The notes beneath the pieces were generated by a model. It was not told where the DNA came from, did no database searches, and worked only from the letters and a program-made list of their open reading frames with translations. Positions 1-9,748 of a stretch of 64,000 nt of DNA are shown piece after piece (within the stretch, counting starts at the first letter, position 1; the number at the start of each line of letters is the position of its first letter). The position numbers were made by a program, and so were the translations under genes. The DNA is from a virus (taxonomy: Duplodnaviria > Caudoviricetes). The stretch spans positions 1-64,000 of IMG/VR virus record IMGVR_UViG_3300014205_000004. The stretch is one strand, 5' to 3'.

Positions 1-845
1 AACGTGGCTTCACGAAATGGCGCGGCAATCTTGTTCTTCTTGTTGCGGGCGCGAGACGTGATCCCAATGATTTCCTTGGTCTTGGGATCCGGAATCTTCG
101 TGACTTGCGCCACTTCCATACCGATGGTCGAGTGAAACCGAATCGGCTTCTCGGCGATCATTGCCGTCTTCTCGGCGAACGCCATCGCATCGATCTTGTC
201 CTTGTACTGGTTGACGATCACGAGAGCGATGTCGAGGTTCGAGATCTTCTTCGTGATGCGGCGAAGTCCCCTGGACATGACGCGCGCGTGCCCGCCAATG
301 CCGCCCTTGTCGTCTTCTTCGGCCTGGGTGGAGATGCCAGCGACGCTATCGAGCACAATCGTCACGAGGCAGTCGGGGTCTTCCTCGCGGACGTACTTGA
401 CGACCTCTTCGATGTACGTGATGCACTCATCCAGGGTGTCCGGCTCCAGCACAATCAAGCTGGCGCAGTCAATGCCGATCGCCGCGGCCCGGTCCGGGTC
501 GAGGGCGTACTCAGCGTCAATTAAGATAGCCACCCCGCCCAGGCGCTGCGTCTCTGCAAGGATGTGGTAGCAGATGGTCGTCTTGCCTGTGGACGAGTGG
601 CCAAAGAACGAGCACACACGGCCGCACGGAATGCCTGGGTGACCGATGGTCATGTCGATTAGCGGGTGCTGTGTGGAGATGAACCGCTTGGGCTTGCTGG
701 TGATGTCCTCACTCAGCATCTTCGCTCGACCACCCATCTTACTGACGATGCCCCGCGCCCGCGCGGCGCTTGTTCCTTTGCCGCTGCTGCTATCTGGCCT
801 AGCAACCGACCGGGACTTTCGCGTGCGGGTAACTGTAGCTGTCAA
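1..845 (-). CDS. recA: RecA/UvsX-family recombinase (3' end runs off the window)
   Basis: Manual translation gives GHSSTGKTT (Walker A), IDAEYALD, IVLDSVA, VIVNQ and KNKIAAPFR; TTG start 6 nt after AGGAGA; absent from the ORF track. Confidence 0.93.
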   Translation of the reverse strand, partial: MTATVTRTRKSRSVARPDSSSGKGTSAARARGIVSKMGGRAKMLSEDITSKPKRFISTQHPLIDMTIGHPGIPCGRVCSFFGHSSTGKTTICYHILAETQRLGGVAILIDAEYALDPDRAAAIGIDCASLIVLEPDTLDECITYIEEVVKYVREEDPDCLVTIVLDSVAGISTQAEEDDKGGIGGHARVMSRGLRRITKKISNLDIALVIVNQYKDKIDAMAFAEKTAMIAEKPIRFHSTIGMEVAQVTKIPDPKTKEIIGITSRARNKKNKIAAPFREAT

Positions 846-866
846 CACTCATCTCCTGACGGACAA

Positions 867-897
867 AGAGGGCAGCACCGGGGAGGTGCTGCCCTCT
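867..897 (-). terminator. Hairpin, probable intrinsic terminator between ssb and recA
   Basis: 13-bp stem AGAGGGCAGCACC/GGTGCTGCCCTCT followed by a short T run on the minus strand. Confidence 0.65.
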
Positions 898-927
898 CGT
901 TATTGGTTGCCTGGCGTGGGCCGCTAG

Positions 928-1977
928 TTAGCGAGCCGCGCGCTGCAGCCGGTCGTTGATGCGACCGCGGCGATCGCTCTGGCTGACGCGACGGACGCTC
1001 GGTGCCGCAGCCGCGGGAGCGGCCTTGGTCTTCGAGGAGCGGCGGGGAGCGGGCTCCTCGTCTTCCTCGTCGTCGTCATCGTCCTCATCAATGTCCTCGT
1101 CCTCATCGACGTCTTCGTCGTCATCGATGTCTTCGTCTTCATCGGCTTCGTCCTCGTCCTCGTCGTCTTCTTCCTCGACGACACGGCGTGCCTTGGCCTT
1201 GGCCTTCGTGGCCGCGGGTGCCCGGCGAGGAGCGACGACTTCATCGTCGTCATCGTCTTCGTCATCGTCGTCGAAGTCGTCGTCGTCTTCGTCGAGGAAA
1301 TCCGCGTTCCAGGCAGACTTCATGGCATCCCAGGAAGCATCCCGGAGCTCGCGCTCCACCACGTCGATGAGGGAGGGGACTTCGTTTTCCGCGGCGTAAT
1401 CCACGAGGGCGTCCGGCCACGGCTGGTTGGTGCCACCCACGGTGATCGTGTGCTTGGTACCGTTCTTGCCGGAACCAACGCGCTCGTTGATGAAGACGCG
1501 GCCTTCGGTGTAGCTCAGCACGTCGCCGTACTCGTCATCGGCTTCGATGAATCCGAGAATGGCTTCAGCCTGCTGTTTGCCGAACGAGACCAGCTGCCAG
1601 CCCTTTTCGGGCTCCTTCACCACCCAGATGTAGGCGATGTAGCCGGCGCGAGCGTAGAAGTCCGCGGATTCTTCCTTGCTCATCGAGCGCGTCACCTGGC
1701 AGATGTAGCAGCGGTCGCCGGTGGTGCGGCGCGGGCAGGCGAACACCTTGCCTTCGGGCCCGATGTTCCAGTGCTTGAACAGCGGCACGAGCGGGCTGTC
1801 CTGGCCCTTCGGCGGCGGTCCGAAATAGAACCGGACCTTGCCTTCCGGGAACTTGTAGAAGGGCGAGGCGGACTTGATCGCGGCCTTGATCTTCTCCCGG
1901 TTGACTGTCCCGAACTTGCCGGCCAGGCGGTCGATGTTGGACTTTGCTTTCGTTGCAACAGCGGTACGAGTTGCCAT
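928..1977 (-). CDS. gp32-like single-stranded DNA-binding protein with long acidic tail
   Basis: H..C..C..C zinc motif (KHWNI..ACP..RCYIC), GSGKNGTKH, D/E-rich C-terminus, located next to recA and uvsY. Confidence 0.8.
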   Translation of the reverse strand: MATRTAVATKAKSNIDRLAGKFGTVNREKIKAAIKSASPFYKFPEGKVRFYFGPPPKGQDSPLVPLFKHWNIGPEGKVFACPRRTTGDRCYICQVTRSMSKEESADFYARAGYIAYIWVVKEPEKGWQLVSFGKQQAEAILGFIEADDEYGDVLSYTEGRVFINERVGSGKNGTKHTITVGGTNQPWPDALVDYAAENEVPSLIDVVERELRDASWDAMKSAWNADFLDEDDDDFDDDDEDDDDDEVVAPRRAPAATKAKAKARRVVEEEDDEDEDEADEDEDIDDDEDVDEDEDIDEDDDDDEEDEEPAPRRSSKTKAAPAAAAPSVRRVSQSDRRGRINDRLQRAAR

Positions 1978-1989
1978 GGTTCTCCTCAA

Positions 1990-2514
1990 CTAACTTTCGC
2001 TGGGTGCGCCACCGGCTGTGAAGCTGTACTCGGTGCGCATGTTGGCGTTAACGGACTGAAGCATCTGGCCGCGGATGCGGAGTGCTTCGACGACGGCCTT
2101 GATGGTTTGACTGACGCTGATTCCCTCTTCTACCTGTGCTCTTGCCTCCTGCAAGCGTTCCTTCGCGATGTGAACTTCGCTGTCGACTGCGATAAGCGCC
2201 TTGACGCCTTCCTCAGTCGGGGTCTTACCGCCAACCGTGTAGGTGGGGTCGTTCTTGATACGCACGTAGGCACGGGCCTCGGCGTCTTTCAGGTCCTGTT
2301 CGGCGAGCTTCACGTCCTCGCGGTCGGAGCGTTCGTCGGCATCGGTCTCGGCCTGGAGCATTGCCCAGTACGCGAATGTGCTCGCGTGCTTGGCCATCGC
2401 TGCTGAGATGGATGCCGGAATGCTCGGAACACGCAGAAGACGTGCGAGCTTGTGCTCGGCTCCGTCCACTTCGACGAAGACTTCCCCGTCTCGGAAAATC
2501 CGCTTGATCTCCAC
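1990..2514 (-). CDS. UvsY-like recombination mediator
   Basis: Helical protein with AYW..L and KTPTEEGVKALI pattern; synteny with ssb and recA. Confidence 0.55.
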   Translation of the reverse strand: MEIKRIFRDGEVFVEVDGAEHKLARLLRVPSIPASISAAMAKHASTFAYWAMLQAETDADERSDREDVKLAEQDLKDAEARAYVRIKNDPTYTVGGKTPTEEGVKALIAVDSEVHIAKERLQEARAQVEEGISVSQTIKAVVEALRIRGQMLQSVNANMRTEYSFTAGGAPSES

Positions 2515-2536
2515 GAACTCAACCTCCAGTCCGTCG

Positions 2537-2565
2537 ATTATGACCTAGTGAATATTGACTGTCAA
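2537..2565 (-). promoter_or_regulatory. Sigma70-type promoter
   Basis: TTGACA-17 nt-CATAAT upstream of the GGAGG RBS of the uvsY-like gene. Confidence 0.75.
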
Positions 2566-2577
2566 CTACCGTACTGA

Positions 2578-4869
2578 CTAGCACCGACTGAAGCCACAGA
2601 GCGGGTTCATGCACTTCATGCACCCCTCCGTGACGACCATCTCGTTGCTGCAGTCAGGGCAAAATTCGCCGGAGCTGAACGTCATCCCGAACTTGTCCTG
2701 GAGAGTCGAGATGTTCTCCGCGGTCATGGGGACCTCGATCTCGACCTTGTACTGCTCCAAAGACAGCGTGACCGGTCGCTTCTCGCGGAACCGGAGGAGC
2801 AGCCACCTGCCCAGGTAGTCGAGCGGGCTCGTCGCGGTCCGGATCTCCTTGTTGCTCGTCATGCCGGCCGGCTCGAACCGCGTGCCGATGAACTTCTCGC
2901 AAATGGCACCGAGCGGGACACCGTACTGCAGTCCCTGTGACAGGATGGTCACCAAGCCGTTGGCCCAGCCAGCGGTGGATGACCCTTCCTTCGACATCGT
3001 CAGGAACACTTCGCCGGGGCTGCCGTCCTCGTACAGGCCGACAGTGATGTAGCCTTCCTGGTCGCCGATGCGGAACTTGTGCACGAGGCCAGGTCGCTCG
3101 TCCGGGAGACGCACCCGCACAGCATCCGGCGGGCCCGAGAACTCCTGCGGGGCGATCGGCTCGACGTCGATAGTGCTCGGCTCATCGGACTTTGCGTCGA
3201 CGTGGTACAGCGCCTGCTCACTCCGACTACCGTCGCGGTAGACAGACAGGCTCTTGAGGCCTTCCGTCCAGGCCAGCATGTACAAGTCATGGACGTCTTC
3301 GACCGTGGCCGAGTGCGGCATGTTCGCAGTCTTCGAGATAGACGAGTCGATGTGCTTCTGAGCCGCGGCCTGCATCAGTACGTGCTCGACCGCAGACACT
3401 TCGTTTGCGGTGATGTAGTAGTCAGGATGGTCGGGGTCAACCGCGCCGGCCCCACCGTCCAAGTAGTACGCTGCCGCGTGCTTGGTGAGCAGCAACGTCT
3501 TACCCATGCGGTTGTTGAGGAGCGTGCGGAAGTCGAAGTACGGCTCGATACCGCTCGACGCATCTGCGAGCAGCGACGTTGTGCCGGTCGGAGCCTGCGT
3601 CAGAAGGTAGCAGTTGCGTATGCCATGCGAAGCGATGTCCACCTGCAGCCAATAAGGCAGTGCCTTAATGAACGGCCGCTGCAAGTACTCTTCCCGGACG
3701 TACTCCGGGAATGCCCCTCGCTCTTTCGCCAGCTCGACGCTGCCCGTGTACGCTGCAATTTTCAGCGCCTCGTAGACGTCTTCGACGAAGGCAACGGCCT
3801 CCGGGCTTCCGTATCGCAGACGCAACGCAATCAGTGCATCCGCCAAACCCATCAGACCCAAGCCCATGCGGCGGATGCGCTTCTGCGAGTCCTCGCACTC
3901 AGGCAACGGGTAGCTGGAGAGGTCTACGACGTTATCCATGAAGCGGACAGCAGTGTGGACATCGCTGCAAAACGCGTTGCGGTTGAACAGTTCGTCGGCG
4001 TTGATGTACTTCGAGATGTCAAACGCGCCCAGGAGGCAGGCCCCGTAGGGGCCGAGGGGCTGTTCGCCGCACGGATTGGTGCTGACCAGATCCTCGAAGT
4101 ACGCGGAGTTCGCCATGTCGTTGGCGCGCTCCATGAAGTAGATGCCTGGCTCCGCACTGGCCCAGGCGGCGTGGATGATCTTGTCCCAGATCTCTTTCGC
4201 CCGGACGGTTCGAACAACTTCGTCCTGCCACACGAGGTCCCAAGGCAGGTCGTTGATGACGGCATCCATGAAGCCGTTCGAAATGCAGACGCTGATGTTG
4301 CAGCCTTCGAGCACGCCAGGCGCGCGCTTGGCGTCGATGAACGCCTCCAGGTCCGGGTGGTCGTCATTGAGCATGATCATGGCTGCGCCGCGGCGAGACC
4401 CGCCCTGCTGGATCACCTTGTGAGTGATGTGGCTAAACGGCTCCGCCCAGTTGACCGGACCGGAACTCACACCATTGACGCTCCGAACTATGGCTCCACT
4501 CGGGCGGAGCGTGCTGAGGTTGATACCAACACCGCCGCCGGCCTTCTGGATGCGTGCCCAGTCCAGTAACGACTTCCCGAGGATGCCTTCGACGCTGTCC
4601 TCTGGGCTCGGGATGACGTAGCAGTTCATCGTCGTGACCGCATCTGCCCCGCCCATGCCGCTAAGGATCCGGCCAGCCGGCACGAACTTGAAGTCATCGA
4701 GCAAGTGGTAGTACTTGGCTGCCCAGGATGCGTCGCGATCGCCCTTGGCGACTGCCTGAGATACTCGTCGCCACATCTGTTCTGGCGTTTCTTCGACGAC
4801 GTCTCCGCTGAGGGAGCGCAAGGCATAACGGTCCTTGAAGACCGCGAGCTGATGGTCGGTGTAAGGCAA
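2578..4869 (-). CDS. nrdJ: Class II (B12-dependent) ribonucleotide reductase with C-terminal TSCPD-like and Zn-ribbon domains
   Basis: PAGRIL, NCYV, GGGVG, RRGA, TNPCGEQ, APTGT and SISKT motifs; no beta subunit gene nearby; TTG start after an RBS. Confidence 0.93.
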   Translation of the reverse strand: MPYTDHQLAVFKDRYALRSLSGDVVEETPEQMWRRVSQAVAKGDRDASWAAKYYHLLDDFKFVPAGRILSGMGGADAVTTMNCYVIPSPEDSVEGILGKSLLDWARIQKAGGGVGINLSTLRPSGAIVRSVNGVSSGPVNWAEPFSHITHKVIQQGGSRRGAAMIMLNDDHPDLEAFIDAKRAPGVLEGCNISVCISNGFMDAVINDLPWDLVWQDEVVRTVRAKEIWDKIIHAAWASAEPGIYFMERANDMANSAYFEDLVSTNPCGEQPLGPYGACLLGAFDISKYINADELFNRNAFCSDVHTAVRFMDNVVDLSSYPLPECEDSQKRIRRMGLGLMGLADALIALRLRYGSPEAVAFVEDVYEALKIAAYTGSVELAKERGAFPEYVREEYLQRPFIKALPYWLQVDIASHGIRNCYLLTQAPTGTTSLLADASSGIEPYFDFRTLLNNRMGKTLLLTKHAAAYYLDGGAGAVDPDHPDYYITANEVSAVEHVLMQAAAQKHIDSSISKTANMPHSATVEDVHDLYMLAWTEGLKSLSVYRDGSRSEQALYHVDAKSDEPSTIDVEPIAPQEFSGPPDAVRVRLPDERPGLVHKFRIGDQEGYITVGLYEDGSPGEVFLTMSKEGSSTAGWANGLVTILSQGLQYGVPLGAICEKFIGTRFEPAGMTSNKEIRTATSPLDYLGRWLLLRFREKRPVTLSLEQYKVEIEVPMTAENISTLQDKFGMTFSSGEFCPDCSNEMVVTEGCMKCMNPLCGFSRC

Positions 4870-4879
4870 GACTTCCTCT

Positions 4880-6217
4880 TTACGCAGCGAGTTTTCCGCC
4901 AGGATGGGAGACGCTGTTGTCCCCCCAGTACCTGCCGAGCTTGACGTCTGACTCCAGGGCCCAGTCGGACCCAAGGCAGAATCTCGGGACTCTCTTCATG
5001 ACTTCTTGAACACGCGCCCCGGCTTCAACCGCGTGACGCTCAGGAACTTCAAAGAAGAGTGCATCGTGGAGAGTCATTGTAAACCTCACACCCATCTTCA
5101 GTAAAGCGTCATCCGGATACAGGAGGAGCTTGATAGTTGACATCGACAAGCTGTCGCTGCCGGCACTCTGGATGGGGAAGTTGACGGACACGCGCTTCAG
5201 GTGAGAGTGGCGCTTCTTCCACTGCGGGTCTGCCCGGTTCGGGGTCTTCAGTTCCGGGAGATGCCGGCGACGCATCCAGACGGAGTCGACGTAGCCGCGC
5301 TTCTGGGCTTCCCACTGGGTCTTCCTGATCCATTGGTAGACCTTCTTGTACGCTTTGAACCATGCAGCCAGGTACTTCTCGGCTTCCTCGATCGTGATGT
5401 CGAGCCGGAAGGCCAGGGTGTACGCACCGCCGCCGTAGAGGACCAAGAAATTGATCGTCTTGGCCTTGTTCCGCATGTCATACGTGACCTTCTCGACAGG
5501 CACGTTGAACATGAACGCAGCGGTTTGCTCGTGCATGCCGAGCGCGATGGCCATGGCCATCTTCTCGTCGCCCGACAGCCGCGCGGCGATATTCAGCTCA
5601 AGCTGGCTGTAGTCCACTTCCCCGAACACCATGCCCGGAGGTGGCACGAACATGGAACGAATCTCTTCGACCTTGGCGATGTTCTGCGTGTTCGGGTCTC
5701 CGGTGCTGAGACGCCCGGACTCGGTGCCGTCCACGCGGTAGTTGGTGTGGATGCGGCCATCGTCCTGGACCCACTGGATAAGACCGCGGGACTTGCCCCA
5801 CCCACCCAGGAAGTCCTTCTTGATCTTGACCAGCTTCTTGAGGTCGTAGAGCGTCTCAACGACAGGATGTTCGCTTTTCAACTTCGCCAGGGCAGGTAGC
5901 GCAGTACTCGGAGCGCCCTTCTTCGTGGTGAGGACGACAGGCAGCTGAAGGTCTGTGTACAGGAACTTCTGCAGCTGCTGTGCTGAGGTGTAGGAGACCT
6001 CGGAGCCGGCCACGTTCCAGAACTCCTGCTCGGCCGCGGCGATCTTGTCGCGGTACTGCTCGTCCAGGAATGAGAGTTTGTCCTGGTCAATCAAAACACC
6101 GTTGTGCTCGATCTCCTGGAGGGCGTGGACCATCGGCATCGTGATGTTGCGGTAGATGGCCTCTCCGCCTTCGAGGCCCCAGTCCACCCACGGCATGTAC
6201 TGGCGTGCAGTCGTCAT
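4880..6217 (-). CDS. polA: Family A DNA polymerase, polymerase domain only
   Basis: TESGRLS, motif A DYSQLE, motif B RNKAKTINFLVLYGG, motif C LHDAL. Confidence 0.93.
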   Translation of the reverse strand: MTTARQYMPWVDWGLEGGEAIYRNITMPMVHALQEIEHNGVLIDQDKLSFLDEQYRDKIAAAEQEFWNVAGSEVSYTSAQQLQKFLYTDLQLPVVLTTKKGAPSTALPALAKLKSEHPVVETLYDLKKLVKIKKDFLGGWGKSRGLIQWVQDDGRIHTNYRVDGTESGRLSTGDPNTQNIAKVEEIRSMFVPPPGMVFGEVDYSQLELNIAARLSGDEKMAMAIALGMHEQTAAFMFNVPVEKVTYDMRNKAKTINFLVLYGGGAYTLAFRLDITIEEAEKYLAAWFKAYKKVYQWIRKTQWEAQKRGYVDSVWMRRRHLPELKTPNRADPQWKKRHSHLKRVSVNFPIQSAGSDSLSMSTIKLLLYPDDALLKMGVRFTMTLHDALFFEVPERHAVEAGARVQEVMKRVPRFCLGSDWALESDVKLGRYWGDNSVSHPGGKLAA

Positions 6218-7458
6218 CGGCGCGCCGGCCTGTAGAACGGGCCACCCACGCCGTGGCTGTCCGAAGATAGCTTCTGCATGTTGACTTCGTGCACACGGAG
6301 GACACAGTCGACGTCCGCAGCGGCGTAGTTCCAGAGGTAGTCTGTGGGGATCCCGGCGTAGCCCCAGGCAACCCCGTGCGGACTCAATTCCTTCATCATC
6401 TCGCGGATAGCGGGGTCATCCTTGAACGACTCGTAGCGAGGCATGTTCGTGAACATGATTCGCTGGTGTTCGAGCGAGTGCGGTCGTTCCTCGTGGTGTA
6501 TCGCGTAGCCGTACTGGCTGTCGTCGTAGTAGTTCGTGACACGGCAGTTGAGGGCGTACCTTGCCCAGGCCAGGTCGAACTTCCCGTTCGCGGCAACCTT
6601 GTCCGCGCTGGAAGTCAAGATGTCCCTGATGCAGTCTTCGACGAAGCGTTTCTCTTTCGTCGTCCAGATCTCTTCCAGGTGCCACCCGACCAGTGGGATG
6701 GTGAACCCTTCTGCGGCCTGGCAGGCGAAGCTCGCGCAAAGTATCTGCGCCATCGGGGCCCGAGGATTCAAGCCACCGCGACGGTTGTCCCATGTCTCGA
6801 AGTCGAACGCGACCAGCGGTTCTTCGACGAGAATGTCTCGAACACACTCGACTTCATCCACATCGAGCGCGACGGAATATTCGCCAAGCTCAGGAGTCTC
6901 CACGCCTTCGGCCACGCGCGCCGCTTTGGCAATGTCAGCGATGATGTACTCGATGTTGCCAGCGTTGTGGAACAGCGACGCCGGGGAGAAGGTAGCTACG
7001 GCCGGAATGCCCCACTCGGTATCGAACACCGAACCGTGCTGAGCCGTGATGCCTTCCTTGCGGAGGATGGACCAGAGTGCACCGGTCCCCATAGGAACGA
7101 TGACCGCGGGCTTGGTCGCAGCGATGTCCTGCTCCAGGTACGGCCGGCAGGCTTCCTGCTCCTTCCGGTTCGTTGCACGTCCCGGCAGGTGGCAACGATT
7201 GGCCCCAACGATGAAGACGTCGTCGGTGTTCACCCCGGCACGCCGGACGGCTTCCATCAGCTGCGTGCCGATGTCTCCGGTGGCGTACTCACCCATGTTG
7301 TCGTCGTCACGCGATGGTGCGTCGACGACGATCATCATCAACGGCTGTTGGGGTTCGCCTACGCCGTTGACGATGCGCTTGCGCGTATCTGCTCGCGTCG
7401 GCGCACCCTTCTTGGAGGCAGGGCAGAGGTTGCAACTGGTGACCTTGCAGGCTTTCAT
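6214..7458 (-). CDS. UDG family-4-like domain fused to 3'-5' exonuclease (N-terminal half of an SPO1-type DNA polymerase)
   Basis: CNLC plus two further Fe-S-type cysteines; ExoI AFDFET, ExoII NGKFDL, ExoIII YAAAD. Confidence 0.85.
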   Translation of the reverse strand: MKACKVTSCNLCPASKKGAPTRADTRKRIVNGVGEPQQPLMMIVVDAPSRDDDNMGEYATGDIGTQLMEAVRRAGVNTDDVFIVGANRCHLPGRATNRKEQEACRPYLEQDIAATKPAVIVPMGTGALWSILRKEGITAQHGSVFDTEWGIPAVATFSPASLFHNAGNIEYIIADIAKAARVAEGVETPELGEYSVALDVDEVECVRDILVEEPLVAFDFETWDNRRGGLNPRAPMAQILCASFACQAAEGFTIPLVGWHLEEIWTTKEKRFVEDCIRDILTSSADKVAANGKFDLAWARYALNCRVTNYYDDSQYGYAIHHEERPHSLEHQRIMFTNMPRYESFKDDPAIREMMKELSPHGVAWGYAGIPTDYLWNYAAADVDCVLRVHEVNMQKLSSDSHGVGGPFYRPARR

Positions 7459-8411
7459 GCTGCAGCTCCTTCCCTGAACCTGAAATACGCTGAAGGCGAG
7501 TACGGAATGGCTTCTTTGAGGAGCTGACGTGTTGTGAGCTCCGGAAGACTTCCAGGGTCTTCGCCATCAGGCAAAGTAACGACACCTACGTCGAATCGTT
7601 TACTGAGTATGCGCGCAGTTGCCCATGTCGCGTCAAGTGCATCGTTGTCGTACGCGATGAGTACTCGCTTGACGTTCGCATGAGTGAGTAGCGACACCTG
7701 CTTCCGGCTGATCTTCTTGCCGAAGCTTGCGACAGCAACATCAGGCAGCTTGAGTGCGTCGAAGGGCCCCTCGACCAGGACGATCTCGTCACGACCCCAC
7801 AACCGGTCCAGGTTCAGCAGGTAGTTCGACTGCTTGTTCCCGAACGGAGTCAGCTTGGTGCGCTCGACATCGTCAGACAGCGACCGGGCTACCCAGGTTA
7901 CCAGGGTGTCAAACCAGTAGACCGGAACGACCACGCGGTTGCGGTACCTGCCTGTAGCGCAGTAGCCGAGCTTGTAGTCCAACGCAACGGACGGAAGAAT
8001 CCCGCGCTTTGTGGACCGCAGGTACTTCCAGAAGCGTTTGTTTTCCCTGGTTTCGGGGAAGGATAAGAACTTGAACCCTTCCGGATAGTCGATCTCCGGG
8101 CCGATCTCCGAGTCAGCGTTCAGCCGTCCCCGGCGCAGGACGGTCGTCTTGTTTCTGTCGTCGAGAATGAGGCGGACAGCCTCATGCAGCGAGAGACCCG
8201 CGACCGACTCAATGAGGTCAGTCAACCCGCCGCGCTCACCACACTTGTGGCAGAGCCAACGCTTTGAGTTCTTGTTCACGTACATCTTCTGCTTGCCGCC
8301 GCAGAGCAAGCAGTCGAGGTTGAGTTCGTACGGAAGTTCGCTAATGCTGGCGCGGTTGCGCAGGAACCCGGCGACATCGAAGCGCCTGATGGCGATGTCC
8401 AGCGCGCTCAC
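7455..8411 (-). CDS. DNA primase (Zn finger + TOPRIM)
   Basis: CLLC..CHKC, LVEGPFDA, YDND, DPG; GTG start overlapping the helicase stop. Confidence 0.88.
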   Translation of the reverse strand: MSALDIAIRRFDVAGFLRNRASISELPYELNLDCLLCGGKQKMYVNKNSKRWLCHKCGERGGLTDLIESVAGLSLHEAVRLILDDRNKTTVLRRGRLNADSEIGPEIDYPEGFKFLSFPETRENKRFWKYLRSTKRGILPSVALDYKLGYCATGRYRNRVVVPVYWFDTLVTWVARSLSDDVERTKLTPFGNKQSNYLLNLDRLWGRDEIVLVEGPFDALKLPDVAVASFGKKISRKQVSLLTHANVKRVLIAYDNDALDATWATARILSKRFDVGVVTLPDGEDPGSLPELTTRQLLKEAIPYSPSAYFRFREGAAA

Positions 8412-9748
8412 TCGCCACCGCCTCCTTCGGCGTCTTCGCCGACGCGAGAGCCGGTGGTGTTCTCGACAAACCGTGCGTAGGCGAAATCGGTGTTGACCAG
8501 GATCTGCTCGCCCTGGCCGTTGTTTCGGCACTTGGCCATGTAGAGGCGCGCTTCGCCGACCTCTTTCTCAGCATCGGTCTGCGCCTGGGCGATGATGTAG
8601 TCGGCCGTCATGGCCTTCGAGAAGTCCTCGGACAGGTGCTCGATCGTGATGATCTTCTTCCGGAGCGCGAGCCGGTTGGTTTGGGATGCGGTCCAGAGCC
8701 GGACGTTTCTCGTCACGGCGAGGTTGCGCAGTTCCTTGTAGACGGCGTTCGTGTCATCGCGCCGATTTCCGGTCCGCTTCAAGGGCGCGACGATGTCCGC
8801 GTAGTCCACGACCACCAGGTCGAAAACCACGCCGCGTTCCTCGAAGTGGTCCAGAACCGCGGTAAGGTCGTGGACGTTCGCGCCGCTGTCCGGGTAGCGC
8901 TTCACCACGAACCGTGCATCCACGCCGTTAACCTTCTGATACCTCTGGACCCTCCTGGTGAAGACGTCCGGTTTCATGAACGGGATTTCGGTGACAGGCG
9001 TCTTCACGATCGGTGCGTAGAAGCGCTGGAGAATGCGCGGCTCTGCCATCTCGAAGCTGAAGTAGATGACGTTGCGATTGCGCGTCCACGCTACGCGGGA
9101 GGCGTGGGTCAGCCACTGCGACTTGCCGTGGCCCGGCGGTGCAAGGTAGACGCACATCTCTCCCGGCCGCGACCCGCCCATGAGGATGTCGTCCAGCCCG
9201 CCGATGCCTGTCGGCAGTGCGAGCCCATCGTCCAGGAACTGAGCAGCGATGAGCTCGAAGGTCGCGGCCAGGTCCTTGCTGGAGTCAATCGCGGTCTCAG
9301 CGTCACCGGTCGTGCTGGTGGTGAGGTCCGTAAGGCCCGACGTGAGGACGTCGCGGATCTCTTCGAAGTCCCCATCGTCCAGGGCGTCTGCGTAGTTCTG
9401 CATGACGACCTCGGACTGCCTGCGGCGGAGGTAGTCCTCGCCGAAGTCAACCAGGAACGGGAGCGTGCCCTCGTCCGGGGCCGGCGTGAAGTACAGGTCC
9501 TGGCAGATGTCCTTGTCGAAACTGTTGGACTCTTTGCGGGCCGCAAGCATGAGCTTGAAGGCCGCTTCGGTGAGCGGGACTTCGTACTTGGCGTAGTACT
9601 CGACGCATTGCTCCAGGAACCACGCCTCTTCGGGGTTCTCGTAGGTGCCGGGGTTGATGATCCGGCCGTACCGCTTGATGAACTCCGAGTTGTGAGAGGC
9701 GAGCCAGTAGAAGTGCTTCTCGAACAGCTTGTCCTGTTGTCTAGCCAT
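8408..9748 (-). CDS. dnaB: DnaB-like replicative helicase
   Basis: APPGHGKS, FSFEM, VVVDYAD, TASQTNR and AKCRN motifs. Confidence 0.9.
   Translation of the reverse strand: MARQQDKLFEKHFYWLASHNSEFIKRYGRIINPGTYENPEEAWFLEQCVEYYAKYEVPLTEAAFKLMLAARKESNSFDKDICQDLYFTPAPDEGTLPFLVDFGEDYLRRRQSEVVMQNYADALDDGDFEEIRDVLTSGLTDLTTSTTGDAETAIDSSKDLAATFELIAAQFLDDGLALPTGIGGLDDILMGGSRPGEMCVYLAPPGHGKSQWLTHASRVAWTRNRNVIYFSFEMAEPRILQRFYAPIVKTPVTEIPFMKPDVFTRRVQRYQKVNGVDARFVVKRYPDSGANVHDLTAVLDHFEERGVVFDLVVVDYADIVAPLKRTGNRRDDTNAVYKELRNLAVTRNVRLWTASQTNRLALRKKIITIEHLSEDFSKAMTADYIIAQAQTDAEKEVGEARLYMAKCRNNGQGEQILVNTDFAYARFVENTTGSRVGEDAEGGGGE

Noticed and set aside
6184-6250. CGTGGGTGG repeated at the polymerase split as a possible excision or intron boundary
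   Set aside because: Removing the interval does not restore the frame, and the segment is too short for a self-splicing intron
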